A DNA stretch of 64,000 nucleotides, from assembly GCA_050250895.1 (NCBI GenBank), contig JBFWNU010000006.1, forward strand, positions 475,720 through 539,719, given 5' to 3'. The position numbers were made by a program, and so were the translations under genes. This stretch comes from Vulcanimicrobiota bacterium (GTDB lineage: Bacteria; Vulcanimicrobiota; Xenobia; Xenobiales; JADMJV01). The notes below the pieces were generated by a model that saw nothing but the letters and a program-made list of their open reading frames with translations, was not told where the DNA came from and did no database searches. Below, in pieces: positions 9,597 to 18,639 of the stretch (the stretch's first letter is position 1; every line of letters starts with the position of its first letter).

Positions 9597-10197
9597 GACA
9601 TAGGTCAGCCAATTGGCAGCTCTGGCAAGCAGGCTTCTTGGCCTTGCAGACATAGCGACCGTGCAGTAGCAGGCGCGAAGAACCAGGCCACCACTGGTTC
9701 TCAGGCAGGACCTCCTGGAGGTCCTGTTCGATTTTGTCGGCGTCACTACTCGAACTCAAGCCAAGTCGCCCAGCGATGCGCTTGACGTGGGTGTCGACCA
9801 CCACAGCCGGCATTCCGAACGCCTGACCCCGCATCAAATTGGCGGTCTTGCGGCCCACTCCGGGCAGAGCGACCAGTTCGTCCATCGCGCTGGGTACCGT
9901 TCCCTGATGGCGTTCGCACAGGGCCGCGCAGCACTTCTTGAGCGAGTTGGCCTTATTGCGATAGAAGCCGGTAGGCCGGATCAGCTCTTCGAGTTCGGCC
10001 TGGTCGGCGACGGCCAAGGCCTGCGCATCGGGGTAACGTGCAAAAAGCCCCGGCGTCACCTGATTGACCCGCTCGTCGGTGCACTGCGCCGATAAGATCG
10101 TGGCCATCAACAGTTGAAAGGGGCTCTGATGATGCAGTTCGGTTTCGAAGTTGGGGACGGATTGCTCGAGTCGCTCGAGCAGCAGGGTGATGTTCAC
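9583..10197 (-). CDS. nth: endonuclease III
   Basis: LSAQCTDERVN, HhH LPGVGRKTAN, VDTHVKR, CKAKKPACQSCQLADLC 4Fe-4S motif. Confidence 0.95.
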   Translation of the reverse strand: MNITLLLERLEQSVPNFETELHHQSPFQLLMATILSAQCTDERVNQVTPGLFARYPDAQALAVADQAELEELIRPTGFYRNKANSLKKCCAALCERHQGTVPSAMDELVALPGVGRKTANLMRGQAFGMPAVVVDTHVKRIAGRLGLSSSSDADKIEQDLQEVLPENQWWPGSSRLLLHGRYVCKAKKPACQSCQLADLCPSRQ

Positions 10198-10210
10198 CCT
10201 CAGGGTTACT

Positions 10211-11026
10211 CTACTCGGCCTTCGTACCCCTGGCGGCGGGTCTCTCCCCGGCTTTGAGCCAGCCTTTCGGAGGCGAAGAGGGGGTCTCGAAATAGCTGGG
10301 GTCTTTCCAGTTGGCCTGTTTGCCGGTGACCTTCTCCAGGCCGCTCTCGAGTTTTCGCCAGTATCCGGTCTTGCTCAAGATCGGATTGAACATGCCGTTG
10401 ACCACACAAAAATAGTCGTTCCACTTACCGGAGTGGTGCTGGTCGTGATTCTCCGGCGGCATCAAGACGTGGGCCCGCTGCAAGCCTCGAATCAAACGGT
10501 TCGGGTTGTCCTGGTGCGACCAGCGATGGCTGGCCTGGGTCACCACAAAACCGCTCAGCAACCCGAGCCCGGCCGCGGCGACGCCGGCCGGGGCCAGCAT
10601 GGCCAGTCCCACCAGGGCCGGAGCCGCGGGAATGGCGGTGGCGCCCACGTTGGCCGCCAGGCTGTGGCGCTCGAGGCTCTTCTCGTCATGATGGTGATAG
10701 TGAAATTCGTCGGCCTGGTTGCCGAGGACGGGAGTGTCTTCGTTGACGAAGTGGTCAAGACCGAAGTGAATGTGGCCCGTGATCAGGTCCGAAGCCGCGT
10801 AACCGGCTCCGATGGTAGCCAGGACACCGGCGCCGGCCAGCACCTTGGGCAGCACCCCGGGCTGGTGAGCGACATGCAGGGCCAATTTCGACACGGCTAG
10901 ACCGCCGGCGGCGACGAAGGCGGTAACGCCGGCTTTATGGGCCACTTTCGTCTTGCCTTTGGGCGAGGCTATCACGGGCTTGGGAGGCGCGGAAGCGGCT
11001 CTGGATGAACGACTTAGAACTCTCAT
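10211..11026 (-). CDS. CarF/TMEM189 (FAD4/Kua) family lipid desaturase
   Basis: His boxes DLITGHIHFGLDH, FHYHH, SHRWSH, HDQHH and YFCVVNGMFN, with hydrophobic segments. Confidence 0.8.
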   Translation of the reverse strand: MRVLSRSSRAASAPPKPVIASPKGKTKVAHKAGVTAFVAAGGLAVSKLALHVAHQPGVLPKVLAGAGVLATIGAGYAASDLITGHIHFGLDHFVNEDTPVLGNQADEFHYHHHDEKSLERHSLAANVGATAIPAAPALVGLAMLAPAGVAAAGLGLLSGFVVTQASHRWSHQDNPNRLIRGLQRAHVLMPPENHDQHHSGKWNDYFCVVNGMFNPILSKTGYWRKLESGLEKVTGKQANWKDPSYFETPSSPPKGWLKAGERPAARGTKAE

Positions 11027-11142
11027 GTCGCCAGCATACCAGCCGCGCTCTGGCCAGAAGCTGTTCGCGGTTGGGGATTGTAAACAGTTTGCGAACCTGA
11101 GGTTACCAGGGCTCGTTCGGCGGGCGCAGAACTGATCAAGCC

Positions 11143-12852
11143 GTGGAGCAAAATCGCGACCAGTTGATGGAGGGCCTGCGCTCAGAGGGCGTGATCGACT
11201 CGAGCGGCAGTTTCACGCTCAACCCTGCCCGGGCCAGGGCCATGATTCGCGAACGCTTGCTAGAAGAGCCGAACTTCTACGCTCTGTGCCTGTTGGCCGG
11301 GGCCATCGCCAACGGGGCCGAGAATCTTCGTTTGCTACATGATGCCACTCGGTTTGACCTGATCTTCGACGGGCCCGCCATCAGCCGGCAAGAACTCGAA
11401 CAGCTTTCCCTGGGCATCCTCTCGCACACCACGCCAGCGCTGCGAGAGTTGAACTTTGGCCTCATGGCCGCCACGGCCCTGGCTCCCCGCCGAGTGGTGG
11501 TCGAATCCAAAGACGATTCGGCCGGTCATCGCCTCATTCTTGACGCCAACCGGGCCGAGTGCGAGGCGGCCCGCAACCTTGCCGCCGGAAATCGCATCAA
11601 CATCACCTTCGCCAAAGGGATCTTCAGCAACTGGAGCCGCCAGGCCAATCTCGAGCTGGTGCCGGTGCTGCGCCGGCGCCTGATGTATCATCGGGCCGAC
11701 CTGATGGTCAACGGCCGCAGCCTGGGACAACCCGTAGACACCGGGCGCTGCCTGGCCTGGTGGCGCTATTCTTCGAACGGCCGCGAGCCGATCCAGGCCT
11801 ACCCACCCCGAGCCCCGGTGCACGGACATGGTCGCGGCGATTATTGTGGCGTGCTGGCCCTGGGCTGCAGCGCTACCGCCGTGGTGGTGGTCGTCCACGG
11901 TGTTTGCTACCCCTTCCGCGGCGAGCTCGAGTTCGAGGGGGTGCGCGGGGTCATCTATTGCGACGACTTGCGCAAAGACCTGTCCCAAGCCCAACTGGTG
12001 GAAGACGATGCCTGGCATCGGCTGAGCCATTGGCTTCGTCGCGAGCTTCGACGCCTGGCCCGAGAACTCGAGCAGCAGTGGGACAAACTCGATCGCGACC
12101 AATCGCAGAACTCGGTGCCCTACCTCGACAAACTGGCCGAGCTCGAAAGCCGGGCCGGCAACCTTTCCGACGCGCAGGTGCTCTATGAGCGCTTGCTCAG
12201 GGTGCGGGCCGAGACCAGCGAAGCTACCGATCCCGACGTATTGCTCAACCTGTCCAACCTCGGCACACTCTACTTCCTGCAGCGCCGCCACGACGAGGCC
12301 CTGGAGATCTTTCTAGCCATCGCTGAAGACCTGCAGAAGGTCGGCCGCCACCAAGACGCCCGCACCTATTACGAGCGGGTCCTGCGGCTCGAGGCCAAGG
12401 TCTCGGCTCAATTTGCGGCTTCGATCCTGGCCGCCCTGGTGGGCTGCATCGAGTGCGCCGCCTTGGCCGGAGAACGCGCTCAGGCCAGCGCCTTGCTGGC
12501 CCAATTCTGCTTGCGCTTTGATCGGGTGGGCCTGCCCGAGGGTCGGATTCGCGGTGACCTATTGGCTCGCCTGGATGACCTCGAGCGGGCCCACCCGGAC
12601 CTGGCCGGCGGCGATCTGGCCGAATGGCTCGAGGCCGTCCACGCCGATCGCCGCCTGCGCCACTGTGCCCGCTGCGGCAGCCGCCGAGTGCTGGCTGACC
12701 TGCCGGTGCATAAGTGGCGGGTCGGGGGGCATCGCCTGCGGGCCGAAGTGTGCGGGGCTTGCGGCCACGTGGCCCTGAACGCCGAGGACTTCGCCGCCCT
12801 ATGGGAAGAGAATCTTCCCCCGCTGGATTCTAACGACGCCAGCGACGATTAG
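11143..12852 (+). CDS. TPR-containing protein with possible degenerate GHKL-like N-terminus and C-terminal zinc ribbon
   Basis: TPR-like LSNLGTLYFLQRRHDEALEIF and ARTYYERVL; CARCGS...CGACG; N-terminal domain assignment is tentative. Confidence 0.65.
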   Translation: MEQNRDQLMEGLRSEGVIDSSGSFTLNPARARAMIRERLLEEPNFYALCLLAGAIANGAENLRLLHDATRFDLIFDGPAISRQELEQLSLGILSHTTPALRELNFGLMAATALAPRRVVVESKDDSAGHRLILDANRAECEAARNLAAGNRINITFAKGIFSNWSRQANLELVPVLRRRLMYHRADLMVNGRSLGQPVDTGRCLAWWRYSSNGREPIQAYPPRAPVHGHGRGDYCGVLALGCSATAVVVVVHGVCYPFRGELEFEGVRGVIYCDDLRKDLSQAQLVEDDAWHRLSHWLRRELRRLARELEQQWDKLDRDQSQNSVPYLDKLAELESRAGNLSDAQVLYERLLRVRAETSEATDPDVLLNLSNLGTLYFLQRRHDEALEIFLAIAEDLQKVGRHQDARTYYERVLRLEAKVSAQFAASILAALVGCIECAALAGERAQASALLAQFCLRFDRVGLPEGRIRGDLLARLDDLERAHPDLAGGDLAEWLEAVHADRRLRHCARCGSRRVLADLPVHKWRVGGHRLRAEVCGACGHVALNAEDFAALWEENLPPLDSNDASDD

Positions 12853-13216
12853 GGCTCGAGCCCGGTCCACCCCGCCAGCCGGGAGGGTTTTCCCAGTTGG
12901 TGCCGCGTCCACCGACGCGTCCCGGCGGGTTACCGTCGCGGTCGAAGCGATTGGGGCCCACCCCGGGGCCGCCCCGGCGTCCCGGAGGATTCTCCCAATT
13001 GGTACCGGGCCCACCAATCTGTCCGGGCGGGTTGTTGTCACGGTCGACGTTCAATCGGTCGGGGCTGGCTCCCGGCCCACCTCGCCAGCCGGGCGGATTC
13101 TCCCAGTTCGTCCCCCGTCCACCCAGACGCCCGGGCGGGTTGTTGTCACGGTCGCGCGCCAGGCTCGGCGCAAACAGGCATACAATCAAAGCGAGTGTTA
13201 GTGTTACGTGTTTCAT
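12830..13216 (-). CDS. small secreted protein made of three DNNPPG-GG-GTNWENPPG-RGGPG repeats
   Basis: Sec-like signal MKHVTLTLALIVCLFAPSLA, then three ~33-35 aa repeats whose amino-acid core is conserved while codons differ. Confidence 0.85.
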   Translation of the reverse strand: MKHVTLTLALIVCLFAPSLARDRDNNPPGRLGGRGTNWENPPGWRGGPGASPDRLNVDRDNNPPGQIGGPGTNWENPPGRRGGPGVGPNRFDRDGNPPGRVGGRGTNWENPPGWRGGPGSSPNRRWRR

Positions 13217-13485
13217 ACCGCTTCCGACCGCTGGCCTGGCCCGATGTTACATGGCTGCGGGATGGGAAACCGCCAGGCGCCCAGGCACAGAGAGGGTAGG
13301 GGAGAACCGTTGTGGGGACCGGTTGATTTTCAAGACGGATCGGCATCGACGTGGCCGCTATCACTCTGCTGAGAGCATTCGCTTCGAGTCCGGCGACTTG
13401 CAACGCTCTCGCCGCGGATGTCGAGCCGCCGGTTAGGAGCGCGAGCAAGATACATTGGCTGGTCCCGCCCGAAAAACGAGTAGCC

Positions 13486-14664
13486 TCAGCCCGAGCGAGA
13501 CCTGATGCGCCGGCGCTGCACGGCGGCCTCTCGCGCGGCCTTCCACTCAGGCCGGGCCGCAAAGTCCTTCTCGTGCTCGTTGGCGTGGCAACTCGGACAC
13601 AACAGCTCTAAGTCCTCCAGCCGATGGCACCGGGTCTCGGACCAGGCGCGAACGTGGTGGATCACCAGGTTCCCACCGGCGCACGAACATCGCTCACAGC
13701 GGCCAAAGGCCCGAGCATACACGGCCCGCACCAGTCCCACCGAAAGCCCCGGCCGACCCTTGGACCGACTCGGCGGTAGCGGCAACTGCTCGGGTTGGGT
13801 ACTTCCAGCTGGAAGTTCCTGGGAGCAAGCCACCACGATACCGGTTTGCTTCATCGCCTCGTCAACGGCCGCCCGTTCGGCCGGCAACAGTCCTCGATCG
13901 GTATCATAAAAACCCTCGCCCGTGACACCGTTCACGTGCACGATGACCTGATGGCGCACCTTGCTGCGGTTGTCTGCCGAGGCGAGCAGCGCCCGGCTCA
14001 TCTCGGCTACGGCGGTCTCTTTGCTGACGCGCTTGCCCTGGCGTGCCTCGACCATTCTTTTGGCCTGCTCGTAGATGGCATACTGCTCGGGGGTCAGCAG
14101 CAGAACGACCTGTCTCAACTTCGGAACCTCCGGAACGGGGGTCGGCGCTGGCTTCTCCCCTGTGGGTTGCTCAGCAAACGCCAATTCGGGTTGACTCTGA
14201 CGAGCTTCGAGCGAGGCTTTCAGCGCCTGGCCACGCTTATGCTGGGTGGGAGTGAGAGCCACGGCCCGTTCGACCGCCTGGGCTTTGTTCTTGAGGGCGA
14301 ATTCCAGCATCTCGCGTTCGTTTTCGGGAGTGGTGATCCGCTTGAGAGCGCGGGCTTTGCTCCAGCAGAGTTTGCCCTCGCGAAAGGCCTCTGAGATCAG
14401 TGGCAGTTGCTCGAAGACTTTGGCCAAACTGAGGAGTTCGCCGGCCTTCTGGGGATGCAGATGGAGGTGGCGAATAGCGTAGCCGACCACACTTCCGCTG
14501 CCCATGTGGCGATAGAGACCGCTACGTTCAGTGGCCAGCAGATGGGCGGCCAGCTCCCATTCGCAGCCGAAGGCTCGCTTGCTGGCCTGACGATTTCTCT
14601 GATGAAGTTCATGGTGTGAGAGTTGTTCCAGGGAGTGGGAAAGTTCCGCTAGAGATGATGACAT
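13486..14664 (-). CDS. DUF222-like protein with C-terminal HNH endonuclease domain
   Basis: RCERC...IHHVRAWS..H.LEDLELLCPSCHANEH; N-terminal LYRHMGSGSVVGYA...AFREGKLCWSKARAL; GGAGG RBS before ATG 14664. Confidence 0.85.
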   Translation of the reverse strand: MSSSLAELSHSLEQLSHHELHQRNRQASKRAFGCEWELAAHLLATERSGLYRHMGSGSVVGYAIRHLHLHPQKAGELLSLAKVFEQLPLISEAFREGKLCWSKARALKRITTPENEREMLEFALKNKAQAVERAVALTPTQHKRGQALKASLEARQSQPELAFAEQPTGEKPAPTPVPEVPKLRQVVLLLTPEQYAIYEQAKRMVEARQGKRVSKETAVAEMSRALLASADNRSKVRHQVIVHVNGVTGEGFYDTDRGLLPAERAAVDEAMKQTGIVVACSQELPAGSTQPEQLPLPPSRSKGRPGLSVGLVRAVYARAFGRCERCSCAGGNLVIHHVRAWSETRCHRLEDLELLCPSCHANEHEKDFAARPEWKAAREAAVQRRRIRSRSG

Positions 14665-14704
14665 AGCCGACCTCCGGGTAGAAGAAGAATCAAGGAATGA
14701 TCCT

Positions 14705-14733
14705 ATTTTACTTAAGAATCCGGCCCGGATCAA
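14705..14733 (-). promoter_or_regulatory. sigma70-like promoter of the HNH gene
   Basis: TTGATC-N17-TAAAAT about 40 bp upstream of the start. Confidence 0.6.
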
Positions 14734-15144
14734 AGTGACGGAACGGCTTGGTTGTCGGGTTTCCTGCTCGCCTCACAGGAGACTGCGAGCAGGGTCTCTG
14801 GCTGAAAAACGACTTCGCCAGCCATGGACGGTACGCGGAGGGCTGAGAGCGCCCATCATGGACGTTGTGGCGTGATTGAAGTGGGGGGAATCTTCGGGGA
14901 CAATGCTCTCTTTGCAAATATTAGGAAATCACAACATTCCCAGGACGACTTCCAGCTGGAAGACGACAGGTGGCCTTGTGGTCCAAATCCGGTTTGAAGG
15001 ATTGACCGCAGAGGAATTGCTGGCTCTGCCGGGTGCAGGGGCCGCGGTGTCAGGCGCCTCCACAGTATATCAGTCCCGGCCACAGCTTCGACGCCCATGT
15101 TTGGCTTCGCGCGGCGGTAGGCTCACGCCTACCATGGATACTAA

Positions 15145-15408
15145 CGCTCCGGCGGTCGCCACTCGCGCCTTACCCCGACAAAGAATTCGTGTCCGTTCCA
15201 GGATTCCTCAACCAACACCCACTCCTCCGCGGCCCACTGCGGATCTCCGCGGTTTCCGAAACTCGAGCGCCCCCCTTCGATTGGCACCGCCCCCTCCGCG
15301 CCTTTGCGCCTTTGCGGTTTCCCCCTCGGGCGCTCACCGCGGCCGCGGGCCAAAGCCTACTTGAGCAAGAACAAAATGGCGAAGGTCGTGATCATGGCCG
15401 TCACCACG
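15145..15408. repeat. diverged direct copy of 18138-18691, including the last 16 codons and stop of the TSUP gene
   Basis: shared AAGAATTCGTGTCCGTTCCAGGA, CCGCGGCCCACTGCGGATCTCCGCGGTTT, CCCCTCGGGCGCTCACCGCGGCCGCGGGCCAA, CTACTTGAGCAAGA. Confidence 0.9.
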
Positions 15409-15690
15409 GTGGTGGTTACTGTGAACTTGGAGTTCGCTAGCCAGCCTAGACGCCCACAACCAATGAATTCGGTCGGACCCCAGCCCTCCAGTGGTGCCAA
15501 CCTCTCCGCGACCATCGCGCCCTCCTTTTGATCTCCGCGGTTACCCCAACTCGAGCGCCCCCCTCCTCAAGCTCCTCGGCCGTCCATTGGCGAATCTCTG
15601 GGTTAAGTCACACTTCCTTCGCACCTCGGACCCGGCGAGTCGCCACACGGGCCGACAGGCCGCCCGTCCGTTCGTCTTGAATTAAGCCGG

Positions 15691-16509
15691 ATGAAGCGTT
15701 CGCTTGTCTGGCTCGTCGTGGTCACGGTGGCGACTGCTTGCCTGGTCAGGTGTCTCCGTGCTCCAAGCTTGCCCGAACCGACTCCATCCATCGTTGGCTG
15801 CACCGCCGAAGATATCTATGGCCCCGATACAGTGATGGCTGGCTGTTGGCATCAGCTGGCAAATCTGGCCGCCACCGCTCAGGCCTATCGAAAAGAACGG
15901 GGTCGCTGGCCGGACGACCTGGGCCCGAGGTTGGCGTGCCAGGCCGACGCCGGTCAGCCACCTGCGCTGCGAGTGGAGCAAGACCACATCGTCATCTTTT
16001 GTCCCGGTGCGGCCCACGCAAAGGTTGGCCTGCCGCCAGACTATCCGCGTTATGACTCAAGATGGGGGATGCTTCTCCATCCTCCCGTCGACCGCATCGA
16101 CGAGGGTGGATTGAACATGACCGATCTGCGCCCGGGTATGTCCTTCGAGCAGGCCAGCCGAATCGCCGGTCCTGGACTCAGGCTCAACCGCTTGAACCAC
16201 ATCTATTCTCATCCTCTACCTCTCTCGACCGTGATCCTCGACTCGCAGCGCAAACTGGCCTTTCTCGAAAGTTCGGCCCTTTCCAGCAAGGCTCAGTTGG
16301 CCCTCTGCGTCGGCGACCCCCAAAGCGAGGCGCATCGCCTGCTCGGTCAACCGCTGCGCTCTGGGCCGACCGGCCAGTTCCCACCGCAGGGCGACCTCTT
16401 CCGGGTGGATGGCCTGGATGTGCACATCGACTTCAGGAACGAGCATGTTGATCGAATCTACCTGACGGTGCCCGACTACAAGCCGGAGTGGAGTCTCTGG
16501 CGTGAATGA
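15691..16509 (+). CDS. hypothetical exported or membrane-anchored protein
   Basis: 272-aa ORF with N-terminal hydrophobic signal or anchor MKRSLVWLVVVTVATACLV. Confidence 0.7.
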   Translation: MKRSLVWLVVVTVATACLVRCLRAPSLPEPTPSIVGCTAEDIYGPDTVMAGCWHQLANLAATAQAYRKERGRWPDDLGPRLACQADAGQPPALRVEQDHIVIFCPGAAHAKVGLPPDYPRYDSRWGMLLHPPVDRIDEGGLNMTDLRPGMSFEQASRIAGPGLRLNRLNHIYSHPLPLSTVILDSQRKLAFLESSALSSKAQLALCVGDPQSEAHRLLGQPLRSGPTGQFPPQGDLFRVDGLDVHIDFRNEHVDRIYLTVPDYKPEWSLWRE

Positions 16510-16729
16510 CGGGCCGAGTTGGCCACCGCCGCCGCCGCCCCACATCCCAGGGTCACTTCCGCGCGGAAGTCTAGCTTCCGCCTCGGCGCCGAGCCGCTGC
16601 ACTGGCCCGAAAGACCCGGCCCGAACGCTTGTCTCCCGCAAGTTGTGCGCCGTACAGTCAGGTGGGGTGGTCCCCTTGTACCGGACACTCACATAAGCGT
16701 ACAATGCAAGAAAGCGAAGGTGAGTGTAC

Positions 16730-17044
16730 ATGGCAAGAAAGCATACGACTTACACAAAGGAATACAAGCAGAGCGTTCTGGCTCTGTTGATGGAGGGGAA
16801 TCGCACCCCGAGAGAAGTGGCCAATAGCCTCGGCATACCGCCTCGAACCGTTCAGGGTTGGGCACAGGCTGCGGGCATTTCCGAGAAGCTGGCGGCCGGC
16901 GCGCCGATTGAGCGCGACCAGGTCATTGAAATGATGGAATTGCGCGAGAAGTTGCGCCAGCAAGAAAAGCAGATTCGCACGTTAGAGATGGAGCGTGAGA
17001 TCCTAAAAAAGGCGGCAGCCTTCTTCGCGAAAGAACAGCTGTAA
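16730..17044 (+). CDS. IS3 transposase OrfA (HTH)
   Basis: YTKEYK...EVANSLGI..RTVQGW, LEMEREILKKAAAFFAKE; AAAAAAG slippery site at 17005-17011. Confidence 0.92.
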   Translation: MARKHTTYTKEYKQSVLALLMEGNRTPREVANSLGIPPRTVQGWAQAAGISEKLAAGAPIERDQVIEMMELREKLRQQEKQIRTLEMEREILKKAAAFFAKEQL

Positions 17045-17088
17045 GACTCAGCTTCATCTTTGAGGAGAAGGCAAACTTCAGGATTAGC

Positions 17089-17940
17089 GTGATGTGCAGA
17101 CTATTGAAGGTCTCTCGAAGCCGATACTACGAGTGGGTTGAAGCCCGAGAGAAGAACGCGGCTTCTGCTGCTGAGCGTGATGTATTCGACGCACGAGTTG
17201 AGCAGCTCTTCAAGCAACACAACGGCTGGTACGGCACCCGGCGGCTCGTCGCCGCGTTGCGCATAGATGGGCTGACCGTCGGCAGGAAGAGGGTTCGACG
17301 GGCGATGAGGAAGCGAGGACTGCAGCCAAGACGCCCCCGAAGCTTCAGGGCTACAACCGACTCCAGTCACGCCAGGCCCGTAGCCGCGAACGTTCTCAAC
17401 CGAGAGTTCTCCGTCGAGAAGCCCAACTTGGCGTGGGTCGGTGATATCACCTACATCAAGACCACCAAGGGTTGGCTATATTTGGCAGTGCTGCTGGACC
17501 TCTGTAGCCGCCGTGTCGTCGGTTGGTCACTGAGTCGGACTCTGCAGCGACAACTGTGTCTGGATGCCCTCCAAATGGCTCTTGGGCGCCGAGCTGGCCG
17601 GCCAGCGATTCATCACTCCGACCGAGGCTGCCAATACGCCTCAGAGGACTACCAGGACCTTCTAAGGGAGTTGGACATTGCGTGCTCGATGAGTCGCAAA
17701 GGCAATTGTTGGGACAACGCCGTTGCGGAGTCCTTCTTCGCGACTCTAAAAACCGAGCTGCTCTGGCACACGACTCTCTCGAGCGAGGTCGAGGCCAGGA
17801 AAGCACTTTTCTCCTACATCGAAATCTACTACAATCGTAACCGACTGCACTCTTCTCTGGGCTACCAGACCCCAGCCCAGTTTGAGGAACGACACACGTC
17901 AACTCCGGCGCAACCCGCCGAACTTGGTGTCCGGAAATAG
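17089..17940 (+). CDS. IS3 transposase OrfB (DDE integrase core), probably fused to OrfA by -1 frameshift
   Basis: WVGDITYI, HHSDRGCQY, SRKGNCWDNAVAESFF, YYNRNRLHSSLGY. Confidence 0.95.
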   Translation: MMCRLLKVSRSRYYEWVEAREKNAASAAERDVFDARVEQLFKQHNGWYGTRRLVAALRIDGLTVGRKRVRRAMRKRGLQPRRPRSFRATTDSSHARPVAANVLNREFSVEKPNLAWVGDITYIKTTKGWLYLAVLLDLCSRRVVGWSLSRTLQRQLCLDALQMALGRRAGRPAIHHSDRGCQYASEDYQDLLRELDIACSMSRKGNCWDNAVAESFFATLKTELLWHTTLSSEVEARKALFSYIEIYYNRNRLHSSLGYQTPAQFEERHTSTPAQPAELGVRK

Positions 17941-18228
17941 GGGACCACTCCACAGGCTTAGTGAGTGTACGGCGCAAGTGTGCGCCGCACAGCGCGATTT
18001 GCCCGGTGTACGGCGCACACAACCTGGCCACCGCCGCCGCTGAGGCCGCCCCGCGGGCGGCCCGATTCGAACCGAGAAAATCTCGGGGAGAAACCCCTGG
18101 CCCCGCTCCCGCCGTCACGGGACCCCAGCCGTCGAGCCGCTCCGGCACTCGCCGCTCGCGCCTTAACCCAATCAAGAATTCGTGTCCGTTCCAGGACCAC
18201 ACCCGATCCTCGGCCAAACGCACACTCT

Positions 18229-18606
18229 CCGCGGCCCACTGCGGAGTTCCGCGCGGTTTCCTAAACTCGAGCGCTCCCTCCGAGTGGCACCGCCCCCTCG
18301 GCGCCTTTGGGCCTTTGCGGTTTTCCCCACAGCCCCTCAAGCCCTCAAGCCCCTCAGCCAACACCGCTTCTCCGCGGCCCACTGCGGATCTCCGCGGTTT
18401 CCTAAACTCGAGCGCTCCCTCCGAGTGGCACCGCCCCCTCGGCGCCTTTGGGCCTTTGCGGTTTTCCCCACAGCCCCTCAAGCCCTCAAGCCCCTCAGCC
18501 AACACCGCTTCTCCGCGGCCCACTGCGGATCTCCGCGGTTTCCCCAACTCGAGCGCCCTCCGAGTGGCACCGCCCCCTCCGCGCCTTTGCGCCTTTGCGG
18601 TTTCCC
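18229..18606. repeat. tandem array of ~141-143 bp units (about 2.7 copies)
   Basis: units start at 18229, 18372 and 18513 with CCGCGGCCCACTGCGG; the first two are nearly identical; related partial copies at 15227 and ~15531. Confidence 0.9.
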
Positions 18607-18639
18607 CCTCGGGCGCTCACCGCGGCCGCGGGCCAAGGC

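Larger units (their letters stand above)
16663..17952 (+). mobile_element. IS3-family insertion sequence (1290 bp)
   Basis: TG...CA ends, ~26-bp imperfect TIRs (TGGGGTGGTCCCCTTGTACCGGACAC vs TGGAGTGGTCCCCTATTTCCGGACAC), CAGG target duplication at 16659-16662 and 17953-17956, orfA and orfB. Confidence 0.95.
16646..18019. repeat. REP-like palindromes flanking the IS: TGCGCCGTACA (16646-16656) / TGTACGGCGCA (17966-17976), plus a second hairpin at 17979-18019
   Basis: perfect 11-bp inverted arms split by the IS; a related uninterrupted hairpin follows. Confidence 0.75.

Noticed and set aside
18229-18606. CRISPR array
   Set aside because: Whole 141-bp units repeat, so there are no unique spacers, and no cas genes are present.
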